64,000 bases of DNA from Candidatus Melainabacteria bacterium 17Bon1m (GTDB lineage: Bacteria > Cyanobacteriota > Vampirovibrionia > Obscuribacterales > Obscuribacteraceae), in NCBI GenBank assembly GCA_032128875.1, contig JAVLKG010000003.1, positions 1,035,757 to 1,099,756 of the forward strand. Direction: 5' to 3'. Made by a program: the position numbers and the translations under genes. Below the pieces are notes generated by a model. That model saw nothing but the letters and a program-made list of their open reading frames with translations. It made no database searches and was not told the origin of the DNA. Positions 47,370 to 56,982 of this stretch are shown here, one piece after another (the first letter of the stretch is position 1; the number at the start of each line of letters is the position of its first letter).

Positions 47370-47981
47370 ATGGTAAAAATCGAGACCAAAAGGCTCATCT
47401 TGCGCGAGTTTGAAGACGAAGATTGGGTCTCGGTTCACGCGTACGCGTCGGACCCGGAAGTCTCGAAGTACATGGAATGGGGTCCAAATACCGAAAAACA
47501 GACCCGCAACTTTGTCAAGGGTGCTCGTCACTTTCGGCGTGAAGACCCGCGGCGTCACTACGAAATGGCGATTTATCACAAAGAAGACAAGAGATTGATG
47601 GGCGGCGTAGGGCTGACGATCTTCGATTCCGGGTTGAAACAGGCTGCACTTGGATACACACTGCACCGAAGTTATTGGAATCGAGGGATTGCCAGTGAAG
47701 CGGCCGCGGCAATGATCCGCTACGGTTTTGAACAACTCGGATTGCATCGCATTCACGCATCATGTGATGTGCTCAACATCGGTTCTGCCGCCGTAATGCA
47801 AAAGTGCGGTATGCGGAAAGAAGCGCACTTCTTAGAAGAGCGATTGATCAAGGGACATTGGAGAGATACTTTTCTCTACGCGATCCTTTCCAGCGAATGG
47901 CGTGCCAAGCAGGTTTTGAAAAACTTAAATGCCGAGCAAGGGAGCGGGGATAACACAGGGATAAAAAATGAGAACAGGTAG
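47370..47981 (+). CDS. RimJ/RimL-type GNAT N-acetyltransferase
   Basis: IETKRLILR, LGY.L...YWNRGIASEA, N.GSAAVMQKCGM. Confidence 0.92.
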   Translation: MVKIETKRLILREFEDEDWVSVHAYASDPEVSKYMEWGPNTEKQTRNFVKGARHFRREDPRRHYEMAIYHKEDKRLMGGVGLTIFDSGLKQAALGYTLHRSYWNRGIASEAAAAMIRYGFEQLGLHRIHASCDVLNIGSAAVMQKCGMRKEAHFLEERLIKGHWRDTFLYAILSSEWRAKQVLKNLNAEQGSGDNTGIKNENR

Positions 47982-48017
47982 TGGGATAACACGGGAAAAA
48001 TAAATGAAAACAGGTAG
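47947..48017 (+). repeat. 36-bp tandem duplication of the cobB start region
   Basis: GGGATAACACAGGGATAAAAAATGAGAACAGGTAG / GGGATAACACGGGAAAAATAAATGAAAACAGGTAG. Confidence 0.8.
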
Positions 48018-48744
48018 CGCGGCGATTGACCTGGCAGTCGACTGGTTGAAGAATTGCAAGTTTCTGTTTGTTCTAACCGGCGCTGGAGTATCAAAGGAGA
48101 GCGGCATCCCAACTTTTCGAGATGCATTGGAGGGATTGTGGGCAAATTACAATCCTGAAGAACTCGCAACGCCGCAAGGTTTTAAAAGTAATCCTTCCCT
48201 TGTGTGGCAATGGTATGACTCTCGCCGCCAGAAAGTGAAAGATGTGCAACCCAACGCTGGGCACTTTGCGCTTGCTGAGTTGCAGAAGCTGATTCCTAAT
48301 TTCTTTCTCTGCACGCAGAATGTCGACGGGCTGCACATCCGCGCCGGTAGCACTGACGTCGTTGAAATTCACGGAAGTTTGTCTAAGTTCAAGTGCTTCG
48401 AGCGAGAGCATGAGGCGAAGGATGTTCCATTTGATTTGAAGGAACCGCCCAAGTGCGACTGTGGTTCGCTGATCAGACCGGCTGTTGTTTGGTTCAATGA
48501 AGCAATGCCGGAAAAACTGTTGAAAGACTCTTATGCGGCTGCTGGAAAAGCCGATGTTGCGCTGGTTATAGGAACATCAGGTCTTGTGCATCCTGCCGCC
48601 TCACTGCCGTACATCGCTAAACAAGCAGGTGCAAGAATTATTGAAGTGAATCCCAACAAATCAGAACTCACCGAATCCGCGGACTTGTTTCTCGCTGGTC
48701 CATCAGGGGTTGTTTTACCGCAGCTTGTTGAAAAACTTCGCTAA
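48004..48744 (+). CDS. cobB: NAD-dependent protein deacylase (sirtuin)
   Basis: TGAGVSKESGIPTFR, TQNVDGLH, EIHG, RPAVVWF, GTSG.V.PAA. Confidence 0.95.
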   Translation: MKTGSAAIDLAVDWLKNCKFLFVLTGAGVSKESGIPTFRDALEGLWANYNPEELATPQGFKSNPSLVWQWYDSRRQKVKDVQPNAGHFALAELQKLIPNFFLCTQNVDGLHIRAGSTDVVEIHGSLSKFKCFEREHEAKDVPFDLKEPPKCDCGSLIRPAVVWFNEAMPEKLLKDSYAAAGKADVALVIGTSGLVHPAASLPYIAKQAGARIIEVNPNKSELTESADLFLAGPSGVVLPQLVEKLR

Positions 48745-48746
48745 AT

Positions 48747-48800
48747 GTAGTGGAGGCACATGTGCCTCCATGGACAGGGAGCCGCATGCCGCTCCCCTAC
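48747..48800. repeat. GTAG-type REP doublet between convergent genes
   Basis: GTAG-TGGAGGCACATGTGCCTCCA-tggaca-GGGAGCCGCATGCCGCTCCC-CTAC. Confidence 0.8.
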
Positions 48801-48802
48801 TT

Positions 48803-50041
48803 CTATCTGTTGGTCAGGGCGCCTTTTCCAAAAAATTGAAATCTTGGTGCGCGCTCTACACCCACCAAAAGTTTTTCGTCGCTCAATTTCTTTGCTCCTA
48901 CTTCAATCATCCATGCCGAGGCCGCCAGCGTAATGAGAGTCGCAATGATGATTTGGAATGCTGTGACTTTGCCGTCCAGCGCTTGTTGCATCACGTATAC
49001 CGAATTTACGATCGGTATGTAGAGAAGAATAGATTCCAATGATTTAAACGTGATGATGTATCGGACGATTCCATTGAGCACCACCATGTATATGAGTGAA
49101 TAGCCGCGCGCTTGTTGGGCAATTCGGTAATAGCAAGAAAACAAAATTGATGAAGCGGTGACCGAAATTGCGATTGGTACGGTAAGCAAAAGTATCCACA
49201 AGACTGTTTCCGGCGGGACGGAGACCGCCAGATTGTGCATCTTCAAACGGTCAGCAATTTCGTCCAGGGAAAATGCCCAAGATAGAGAAAACAGCCCCGC
49301 CAACACCGGCAGCAACGAGATTCCTGATACGACAAGTAGTAATGAATACAGGATGCTGGAACGCTTTATCGGTAGCAAAAGAAGTTGTGCGAGACGCTTA
49401 TTCTCACGCTCCATTGTGATTCCGCCAATTGCACCACCAATTGCAACAGTGGTGATGAAAAACAAGATGACCGTCGGCAGTGTTTCGCTGAGCGGCGCGG
49501 CGCCAGTGCTTTCCATGTGCGGAATGCCTTTGTATTTGATTTTTGGAATAGTACTCGAATCGCTGTCTACTCCAACTTTCTTCAGTTTTGTCCTGAGCAT
49601 TTTCATTTGGCTGCTGCTCATCGCCGCAGCAACTTCGACTGCCCACGATATTGTGCCTTCGGAATGCGAATCGTAAAAGACATCTATCGTCGGTTTTTCA
49701 CCGGACGCGGTTTTTTTTGAATCTGGAATAACGACAACAATGTCATAGACGTCATCTTCAATAGACTTCACAGGCTCGATATCGTAAAGCGGGCTTATAT
49801 CAAGTTCTTTCTTTTCCTTGAGTACATCCCGGACTAGATCGATGTCTCCTCTTACGCCAATTTTTCCTCTCTGATTGGAAATCTGGTCTTCAATCAACGC
49901 TGCAGAAATTTCTGTGTTGCCAAAGAGCGAAAACATCGGGAAGAAAACGGCACAAAATCCAATAAAGAGACCAAGCGACTTGAACTCGCGAATGGTCTCG
50001 ATAATTTCCTTATGCATCAGGGTCAGAATTTCATGACCCAT
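48803..50041 (-). CDS. ABC-2 type permease (NatB-like)
   Basis: KEI.E..R N-terminus, ERE...L..LL.LP, 6 TM helices, YIPIVN. Confidence 0.82.
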   Translation of the reverse strand: MGHEILTLMHKEIIETIREFKSLGLFIGFCAVFFPMFSLFGNTEISAALIEDQISNQRGKIGVRGDIDLVRDVLKEKKELDISPLYDIEPVKSIEDDVYDIVVVIPDSKKTASGEKPTIDVFYDSHSEGTISWAVEVAAAMSSSQMKMLRTKLKKVGVDSDSSTIPKIKYKGIPHMESTGAAPLSETLPTVILFFITTVAIGGAIGGITMERENKRLAQLLLLPIKRSSILYSLLLVVSGISLLPVLAGLFSLSWAFSLDEIADRLKMHNLAVSVPPETVLWILLLTVPIAISVTASSILFSCYYRIAQQARGYSLIYMVVLNGIVRYIITFKSLESILLYIPIVNSVYVMQQALDGKVTAFQIIIATLITLAASAWMIEVGAKKLSDEKLLVGVERAPRFQFFGKGALTNR

Positions 50042-50792
50042 TGTTTTCATTGCCCCCACTGCCACCAACAACGGCAAGGAAAATTTCTTCCAGATCTGAT
50101 TTTGCGTATTGCTCTTTCAACTCGCTAAGAGTGCCCATTGCCAGCACTTTGCCTTTGTTGATGATGCCGATGCGATCGCAAAGCTTTTCCGCTTCACTCA
50201 TGATGTGCGTAGAGAAGAGAACGCACTTGCCCATCTCGCGGCACTGTCTGACTAATTGGTAAACAGATTGCATAGTCGGCACGTCCAGACCGCTTGTCGG
50301 TTCGTCCATGATGACGACGGGCGGATCGTGTACAAGTGCGCGTGCAATGGCGACGCGTTGTTTCATCCCGGTAGAAAGAGCCTGGCATCTGGTGTCTGCA
50401 AATGAAGACATGTCCAGCAAGTTGATCAATTCGTCAATTCTTGCCGCGAGTTTTTCTTTCGGATACTTGGATAATTTGCCGACGAATTCCAAGGTTTCTC
50501 TCGGTGTCAGCAAGTCATATAAGGCGGCGTCTGCTGAAACAAACCCGAAATTCAAGCGAACGCTTTCAGGATTTGTCGCAACGTCGAAGCCGTTGACCTC
50601 GACCTTTCCGGCATCGGGCTTGAGAATTGTCGTGATGATCATGAGAGTTGTTGTTTTGCCCGCACCGTTTGGCCCGAGCAATCCAAAAACTTCACCCTTT
50701 TTGCATTCGAACGAAACACCATCGACAGCGGGAAATTCTCCGCGCTTGCGGTCGTAAAACCATTTTTTTACTCCCTCTGCGCGAATCGTCAA
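50031..50792 (-). CDS. ABC exporter ATP-binding subunit (NatA-like)
   Basis: [50 protein letters not shown]. Confidence 0.92.
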   Translation of the reverse strand: MTIRAEGVKKWFYDRKRGEFPAVDGVSFECKKGEVFGLLGPNGAGKTTTLMIITTILKPDAGKVEVNGFDVATNPESVRLNFGFVSADAALYDLLTPRETLEFVGKLSKYPKEKLAARIDELINLLDMSSFADTRCQALSTGMKQRVAIARALVHDPPVVIMDEPTSGLDVPTMQSVYQLVRQCREMGKCVLFSTHIMSEAEKLCDRIGIINKGKVLAMGTLSELKEQYAKSDLEEIFLAVVGGSGGNENNGS

Positions 50793-52096
50793 TTGTTTTT
50801 ACTCTGAATTGATTTGGTCCGCCGCTGCCACGGCCACCTGAAATGTGTCTCGCCCGACAAAATGAACGACTCTTGCCCAAGGCGAAAGGCTGTCAGGTGT
50901 ACTGCGACGTATATTAGCAGCATATTCTCGGCAATTGTGATGAAGACGGGCAGTGGGGTGTGGGTTTCGGTGCCGACACTTTTGATGACAAGCAGAAGAT
51001 TCATTATAGGAATGAGAGCGGTTTGCCAGGTGAGCGCTTGATCCGGGGAAAGGGCAAAGATTGAGACGCCGACCATTCCCAAGCTGGAGATGATCAAAAT
51101 AGATTGCGCTTCTTTTGTGGTGCGCGACAAACTGCATAGAAAAAGAAGAAGGCAGGATGAAAGCAGAATGTCAAGCAATGAGCATGTGACGATGAGACCG
51201 ACAGCCGTAGGCGATATAGATTGAATAATGCCTTCCACTGTGGAGCGAACACTCGGCAACCTGATAACCAGGCTGGTAATAACGAAGAAGGCAAGCAATG
51301 CCACGCCGATTGAATTGACGAAAACCGATAGCAGAGCCATGAATGACACCGCGACTGCTTTGCCAAGGACGAGGGTGTTCCAGCTGACCGGCAAACTTAA
51401 AGTCGCTTTCAGCGTTTTCAAATCGCGCTCTTGCGCCAACATGAAAACCGCTGGTGATACCGCAGACGAGCGCGCATTAGATAGAAGGAAGAAGATCGCC
51501 AGCAAAGCTCCAAATCTAAGCAAGGGTGCATAAGTTTCTGCAAAGCGCGCATCAAGCTGCGGGATTTTATGAGCTGATTTCATTGCGCTAATGTCGCGCA
51601 ACCGGACGTCCAGCGGTTCCAATTCTTCTTTTGTGATACCGCGACCAACCAGGGTGTCTGTCAGCTGTTTTTTCTCCTCCGCCTCCAGTGTGTCGGCGAT
51701 AAAGCGAATCGGCTCGCTAGCCTGGAAGGAAGACTCGTCGTAGTGCACTTCCAGAGCGCCTGTGTCGGGTGCTGCGCTCAGAGATGCTATGACCTTTTCT
51801 TTTCGGACTGCGTCGTCCAGATTTTTCACAGGTATGGGCGTTATGCGGCCCGTCGCTTTCAGAATCGCAACCACACGTTGGACGTTTTCCGAAGGACTTT
51901 CGGGGATAGCGATCTTATATATCTGCGTCTTTTGATTTGCGACAGCCCATGCGCTGTACACCCCGGCTCCGATCATTAGTACCGGATAAAGAACCATGGG
52001 TATGAGCACCGAAAAGATGAGCACATCCGGCACTCGAAAGATATATAGAAGTTCTTTTCGTACGACGACGAGCAGAGCGTGGAAGAAGTCTTTCAT
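50789..52096 (-). CDS. ABC-2 type permease (NatB-like)
   Basis: RKEL...FR, ERD.KTL...L.LP, GK, LIPIMN. Confidence 0.82.
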   Translation of the reverse strand: MKDFFHALLVVVRKELLYIFRVPDVLIFSVLIPMVLYPVLMIGAGVYSAWAVANQKTQIYKIAIPESPSENVQRVVAILKATGRITPIPVKNLDDAVRKEKVIASLSAAPDTGALEVHYDESSFQASEPIRFIADTLEAEEKKQLTDTLVGRGITKEELEPLDVRLRDISAMKSAHKIPQLDARFAETYAPLLRFGALLAIFFLLSNARSSAVSPAVFMLAQERDLKTLKATLSLPVSWNTLVLGKAVAVSFMALLSVFVNSIGVALLAFFVITSLVIRLPSVRSTVEGIIQSISPTAVGLIVTCSLLDILLSSCLLLFLCSLSRTTKEAQSILIISSLGMVGVSIFALSPDQALTWQTALIPIMNLLLVIKSVGTETHTPLPVFITIAENMLLIYVAVHLTAFRLGQESFILSGETHFRWPWQRRTKSIQSKNN

Positions 52097-52366
52097 TTAA
52101 TAGTGAGCTCGTCGTATTCGCTTCGTACTCGACGAGCCGGTCCAGAAAAAGTGATTCATTTTATTGTTTGGCTCATCCTGTGGATCTGCCCATTCTTCTG
52201 GGGCTAAAACTTTTTGCTAATAAACATGTTACGCAGAATGCGTCATTTAATCTATCGGGAGCGATCTGACAGGCTCAATGTTTACGGGTATGAGGTGGTG
52301 TCTTGGATATCGAGTATATCTGGATCTCTCTCCGAATAATCCCGATCTGCGTATCGATCGGATCAA

Positions 52367-52396
52367 TTGCCAAAGTCCGTCACTCAAGTGTACTTT
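52367..52396 (+). promoter_or_regulatory. Putative nrdAB promoter
   Basis: TTGCCA-N18-TACTTT upstream of the structured leader. Confidence 0.4.
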
Positions 52397-52521
52397 TAAG
52401 GTGTCGTTATCCCGATAGGGGCGATCTTCAATAGATCAAAGCTGAGCATTCAGCAACTGCCAGGGATTCGTTGCAAGGACCAACTCGATAACTTCGCAAG
52501 TTAGTTTTTCTACGCAATGAA

Positions 52522-52662
52522 TCTGGTGGGGGAAGTGTGGTGCAATTCCACCGCTGTCCCGCAACTGTAATCGAAACAAGCGAACAAGAAAGAAGCGCAG
52601 TTTTGGAAGTCAGACTACCCACCTGGATGCTTTTATATGACACCTCCTCGCGGCAAGGAGTG
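52522..52662 (+). ncRNA. Cobalamin (B12) riboswitch
   Basis: GGGAAgtgtGGTGcAATTCCaccGCTGTCCCGCAACTGTAA...AAGTCAGA B12 box; downstream hairpin loop GCGG complementary to L5 CCGC (kissing loop). Confidence 0.92.
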
Positions 52663-52702
52663 ATGAGTCGAAAAGGGGAAGTTTTACTTCTGCTTGGACC
52701 AT

Positions 52703-52738
52703 CCTTCTGGTTCCGTGAGCCGGGAGGTTTTTTCTTTT
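52703..52738 (+). terminator. Attenuator terminator of the riboswitch
   Basis: CCTTCTGGTTC-CGT-GAGCCGGGAGG-TTTTTTCTTTT, just upstream of the nrdA start. Confidence 0.85.
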
Positions 52739-52766
52739 CACGCCGACAAGTACCTGGAGCCGTTTC

Positions 52767-55583
52767 ATGAGTCAGACAACCACCGCAACGAAGTTTACGG
52801 AAGCAGCCAGCAAAGAACTGTCTCTTTATAGAGTAGTGCGCAGAAATGGCAGCGTCGTTGATTTCGAACCTTCGAAAATTCAAGTCGCAATGACTAAGGC
52901 ATTTCTTGCTGTTGAAGGTGATGCGGCTGCCGAAAGCTCGCGCATCAAAGACATTGTCGGCAAGATTACAAGCCAAGTTGTTGAAACACTCATGAAGCGT
53001 TTGCCTGATGGTGGCGTTTTGCACATCGAGCATATTCAAGATCAAGTTGAAATCGGCTTGATGCGCTCCGGCGAACACGAAGTTGCTCGTGCGTATGTTC
53101 TCTATAGAGAAGAACGCGCCAAAGAGCGCGGTGCCAAAAACGAAGATGGCGCAGAGCATGCAATCACCGTAATTGGTACCAATGGCAAAGCCAAGAAATT
53201 GGATGTAGCCGAACTCAATTCGATGATCAAAGATGCCTGTGAAGGTCTCGGCGAAGCCGCTGTACCAGCCAACATCGTTGAATCAACATTGTCTTCGCTT
53301 TATGACGGTGTAAGCGAAGCCGAAGTTATGAAGTCGGCAATTTTCACCGCTCGTACTTTGATTGAAAAAGATCCAGTTTATTCATATGTAAGTGCACGCC
53401 TTTTGCTTGAACAAATCAGAGAAGAAATTCTCGGCGAGCGTGTTGCACAAGCTGACATGGGTGAACGCTACGCAGCTTACATGCCGGTTTACATCGACCG
53501 TGGTATCACCGCAGGACTCCTGGATCCTAGACTCGCGCAATTCGATCTCGAGAAAATCGGCAAAGCGATCAAACCCGAGCGCGATTTGAAATTCCAATAT
53601 CTTGGACTGCAAACCCTCTACGATCGTTATTTGCTCCATACCGAAGGCAAGCGTTTCGAATTGCCGCAGACCTTCTGGATGCGTGTCGCCATGGGTCTCA
53701 GCGTCAACGAAGTAGACAGAGAAGATAGAGCGATCCAGTTTTATGAAGTTCTTTCCAGCTTCGATTTTGTTTCCTCTACTCCTACTCTCTTTAATTCCGG
53801 AACGCACCGTCCGCAGCTTTCATCTTGCTTCCTCACAACCGTGAAAGATGATCTCGCCGGTATTTATGATGCGCTCAAAGAAAACGCGCTGCTCTCGAAA
53901 TTCAGCGGTGGACTCGGCAATGACTGGACTCCAGTTCGCGCTCTCGGTGCTCACATTCAAGGCACCAACGGAAAGAGCCAAGGTGTTGTTCCTTTCTTGA
54001 AAGTCGTTAACGACACTGCAGTCGCAGTCAATCAAGGTGGAAAGCGCAAAGGCGCAGTTTGCTGCTACCTCGAATCTTGGCACCTCGACATTGAAGAGTT
54101 CCTCGAACTCAGAAAAAATACCGGTGACGATCGCCGTCGTACCCACGACATGAACACCGCCAACTGGATTCCTGATCTCTTTATGGAACGGGTCATGGAA
54201 AACGCTCCATGGACATTATTCAGCCCTGACGAAACTCCGGATCTTCACGAGATCTATGGACAGAAATTCAAAGAAGTCTACGAAGCTTATGAAAGAAAAG
54301 CAGACGCCGGCGAAATGAAAGCTTTCAAGCGCGTGCAAGCCGTAGATATCTGGCGCAAGATGCTCTCCATGTTGTTCGAAACCGGACATCCTTGGATCAC
54401 CTTTAAAGATGCTTGCAATTTGCGCAGCCCACAACAACACATCGGTGTTGTGCACAGCTCCAACCTTTGCACCGAAATCACTCTCAATACCAACGAGAAT
54501 GAAATCGCAGTTTGCAACCTCGGTTCTATCAACCTCAGCGCTCACATGATCAACGGCGCGCTCAACGTGAAGAAGTTGGCGAAGACGGTTCGCACCGCTA
54601 TGCGCATGCTCGACAACGTAATTGAAATCAACTATTACAGCGTCGGCAAAGCACGCAACTCCAACCTCAAGCACCGCCCAGTTGGTCTCGGAGTTATGGG
54701 CTTCCAAGACGCGCTCAATAAGATGAAGATTCCCTACGCTTCCAATGAAGCCATGGAATTCGCAGATGCAGCACAAGAAGCCGTCAGTTATTACGCAATT
54801 CTTGCCAGCAGCGAATTGGCCGTCGAGCGTGGAACCTACGCGACTTACAAAGGCTCGCTCTGGGATAAGGGCATTCTTCCGCAAGACAGCATCGACCTGG
54901 TAGACAACGCACGTTCGTCGGCAGTAGAAGTCGATCGCACCAGCCGTCTCGACTGGAAACCGGTACGCGAACATATCGCCAAACACGGCATGCGCAACAG
55001 CAATTGCCTGGCGATTGCTCCGACTGCCACCATTTCCAATATCGCCGGCGTCAGCCAATCGATCGAACCAACATTCCAAAACCTCTATGTGAAATCCAAC
55101 CTCTCAGGCGACTTCACCGTGGTCAACGAATACATGGTCGAAGACCTCAAGGCTCGCGGATTGTGGGACGAAGTAATGGTTCATGACCTCAAGTACTTCG
55201 ATGGTTCGCTCAAGAACATAGAGAGAGTTCCACAAGAAGTCAAAGATGTTTATGCCACCGCTTTCGAAGTCGAACCGCAATGGCTCATCGAAGCTGGTTC
55301 GCGCAGACAAAAGTGGATCGATCAATCCCAAAGTCTCAACCTGTACATGTCCGAGCCAAGCGGCAAGAAAATGGACACCATGTACAAACTGGCATGGCGC
55401 AAGGGTCTCAAGACGACCTATTACCTGCGTACGCTCAGCGCGACCAATGCCGAAAAATCGACGATTACAACCGGCGCACTAAATGCGGTGTCAACTTCAC
55501 CCAAAGCTGATATACCTGCGACAGAAGTAACGTCAGTTAGTGTTTGTCTCTTATCTGATCCGGAATGTGAGGCTTGCCAGTAA
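52767..55583 (+). CDS. nrdA: Class Ia ribonucleotide reductase alpha subunit with two ATP cones
   Basis: VVRRNG ATP cone, TPTLFNSG, QLSSC, SNLCTEI, VCNL, APTA, KTTYY, C-terminal CxxxxxxCEACQ. Confidence 0.97.
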   Translation: MSQTTTATKFTEAASKELSLYRVVRRNGSVVDFEPSKIQVAMTKAFLAVEGDAAAESSRIKDIVGKITSQVVETLMKRLPDGGVLHIEHIQDQVEIGLMRSGEHEVARAYVLYREERAKERGAKNEDGAEHAITVIGTNGKAKKLDVAELNSMIKDACEGLGEAAVPANIVESTLSSLYDGVSEAEVMKSAIFTARTLIEKDPVYSYVSARLLLEQIREEILGERVAQADMGERYAAYMPVYIDRGITAGLLDPRLAQFDLEKIGKAIKPERDLKFQYLGLQTLYDRYLLHTEGKRFELPQTFWMRVAMGLSVNEVDREDRAIQFYEVLSSFDFVSSTPTLFNSGTHRPQLSSCFLTTVKDDLAGIYDALKENALLSKFSGGLGNDWTPVRALGAHIQGTNGKSQGVVPFLKVVNDTAVAVNQGGKRKGAVCCYLESWHLDIEEFLELRKNTGDDRRRTHDMNTANWIPDLFMERVMENAPWTLFSPDETPDLHEIYGQKFKEVYEAYERKADAGEMKAFKRVQAVDIWRKMLSMLFETGHPWITFKDACNLRSPQQHIGVVHSSNLCTEITLNTNENEIAVCNLGSINLSAHMINGALNVKKLAKTVRTAMRMLDNVIEINYYSVGKARNSNLKHRPVGLGVMGFQDALNKMKIPYASNEAMEFADAAQEAVSYYAILASSELAVERGTYATYKGSLWDKGILPQDSIDLVDNARSSAVEVDRTSRLDWKPVREHIAKHGMRNSNCLAIAPTATISNIAGVSQSIEPTFQNLYVKSNLSGDFTVVNEYMVEDLKARGLWDEVMVHDLKYFDGSLKNIERVPQEVKDVYATAFEVEPQWLIEAGSRRQKWIDQSQSLNLYMSEPSGKKMDTMYKLAWRKGLKTTYYLRTLSATNAEKSTITTGALNAVSTSPKADIPATEVTSVSVCLLSDPECEACQ

Positions 55584-55626
55584 AAACCGAGTACTTGTAG
55601 AAACCCATTAACGCTGAGGACCCCTA

Positions 55627-56982
55627 ATGCTGTCATTTGATGACGATTTCACCCCGCCAGATCAACAAAAAGCAGATGCACTAGCTGCAAAGCCTGTGCA
55701 ATCTGAAGCGAAGCCAGTGCAACAGGCTCAGCCTGCCCAGCCGGTTCAGCAAGCACCACAAGTACAACCAAGCCAACCGGTTCAACACGCTCCAGTTAGT
55801 GCGATGACCCAAGCGCAAACCATTGCGCAGCCGCAAGTCGCAACGCAGGTAGCAGATGCAGCAAAGCCTCAGACTCAACCTCAGCAAGTTAACTCGATCA
55901 GCTTTGCTCCAGAAGAAGCACAAGGTTCGGGCGTTACAGGATTGGAAACCATCGCTTTCAACGCCAAGCGTTTGAGAGTTGATGATAAGCGCATTATCAA
56001 TTGCCGCGCCGACCTCAACCAGCTCGTTCCTTTCAAATATGAATGGGCCTGGAAGAAGTACATGGATTCTTGTGCAAACCACTGGATGCCTCAAGAAATC
56101 AGCATGGCCCGTGACATTGCACTGTGGAAAGACCCGAATGGTCTGAGCGATGACGAACGTCTGATTGTCAAACGCAACCTCGGATTTTTCTCGACCGCAG
56201 ATTCGTTGGTAGCAAACAATTTGGTGTTGGCAATCTACCGCCACATCACCAATCCTGAGTGCCGCCAGTACCTCTTGCGTCAATCATTCGAAGAAGCCGT
56301 GCACACTCATGCGTATCAGTACGTGATTGAAAGCCTTGGTCTCGACGAAGGCGAAATCTTCAACATGTACCGCGAAGTACCTGTCATCCATGATAAAGAT
56401 GCATTCGAGCTGCAGTTCACACAAGAGTTGGCTGATCCTAATTTCCACACCGGAACCCCGGAAACAGATCAAAGGTTCTTGCGCAACTTGATCGGATACT
56501 ACGGAATTATGGAAGGCTTGTTCTTCTACGTCGGATTCGTTCAAATGCTCTCATTCGGTCGCCAAAACAAGATGACTGGAGCTTCAGAGCAATTCCAATA
56601 CATCTTGCGTGACGAATCGATGCACCTCAATTTCGGTGTCGACCTGATCAACCAGATCAGACTCGAAAATCCGCATTTGTGGACTCCGGAATTCGAGAAA
56701 GAAATCGTCGAACTCTTCGATCAAGGACTGGAGCTCGAATACAGATACGCTGTTGACACCATGCCGCGAGGAGTTCTCGGACTCAATGCCGGAATGTTCT
56801 CTGAGTACCTGCGCTTCATTGCTAACAGACGTATGAAGCAGATAGGATTGCCAGGAAAATATGATAGCGCCAAGAATCCATTCCCGTGGATGAGCGAAAT
56901 GCTCGATTTGAAGAAAGAGAAAAACTTCTTCGAAACCCGCGTCATCGATTATCAGACTGGCGGCGCTCTTTCTTGGGAATAA
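55627..56982 (+). CDS. nrdB: Class Ia ribonucleotide reductase beta subunit with Q/P/A-rich N-terminal extension
   Basis: [13 protein letters not shown] (radical Tyr present), MEGLFF, DESMH, NFFETRV..Y. Confidence 0.97.
   Translation: MLSFDDDFTPPDQQKADALAAKPVQSEAKPVQQAQPAQPVQQAPQVQPSQPVQHAPVSAMTQAQTIAQPQVATQVADAAKPQTQPQQVNSISFAPEEAQGSGVTGLETIAFNAKRLRVDDKRIINCRADLNQLVPFKYEWAWKKYMDSCANHWMPQEISMARDIALWKDPNGLSDDERLIVKRNLGFFSTADSLVANNLVLAIYRHITNPECRQYLLRQSFEEAVHTHAYQYVIESLGLDEGEIFNMYREVPVIHDKDAFELQFTQELADPNFHTGTPETDQRFLRNLIGYYGIMEGLFFYVGFVQMLSFGRQNKMTGASEQFQYILRDESMHLNFGVDLINQIRLENPHLWTPEFEKEIVELFDQGLELEYRYAVDTMPRGVLGLNAGMFSEYLRFIANRRMKQIGLPGKYDSAKNPFPWMSEMLDLKKEKNFFETRVIDYQTGGALSWE

Noticed and set aside
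48004..48744. SIR2-type anti-phage effector
   Set aside because: Canonical CobB-type sirtuin with Zn site in housekeeping context; no defence partners nearby.
52428..53159. 243-aa and other long antisense ORFs over nrdA (also 54216..55079, 55681..56283, 13932..14687)
   Set aside because: Shadow frames of well-supported genes or the riboswitch; no recognisable motifs.
55627..56982. Metal-free or Mn/Fe (class Ie/Ic) RNR variant
   Set aside because: All six carboxylate/His ligands and the radical Tyr (EEAVHTHAY) are present, and the first ligand is Asp.
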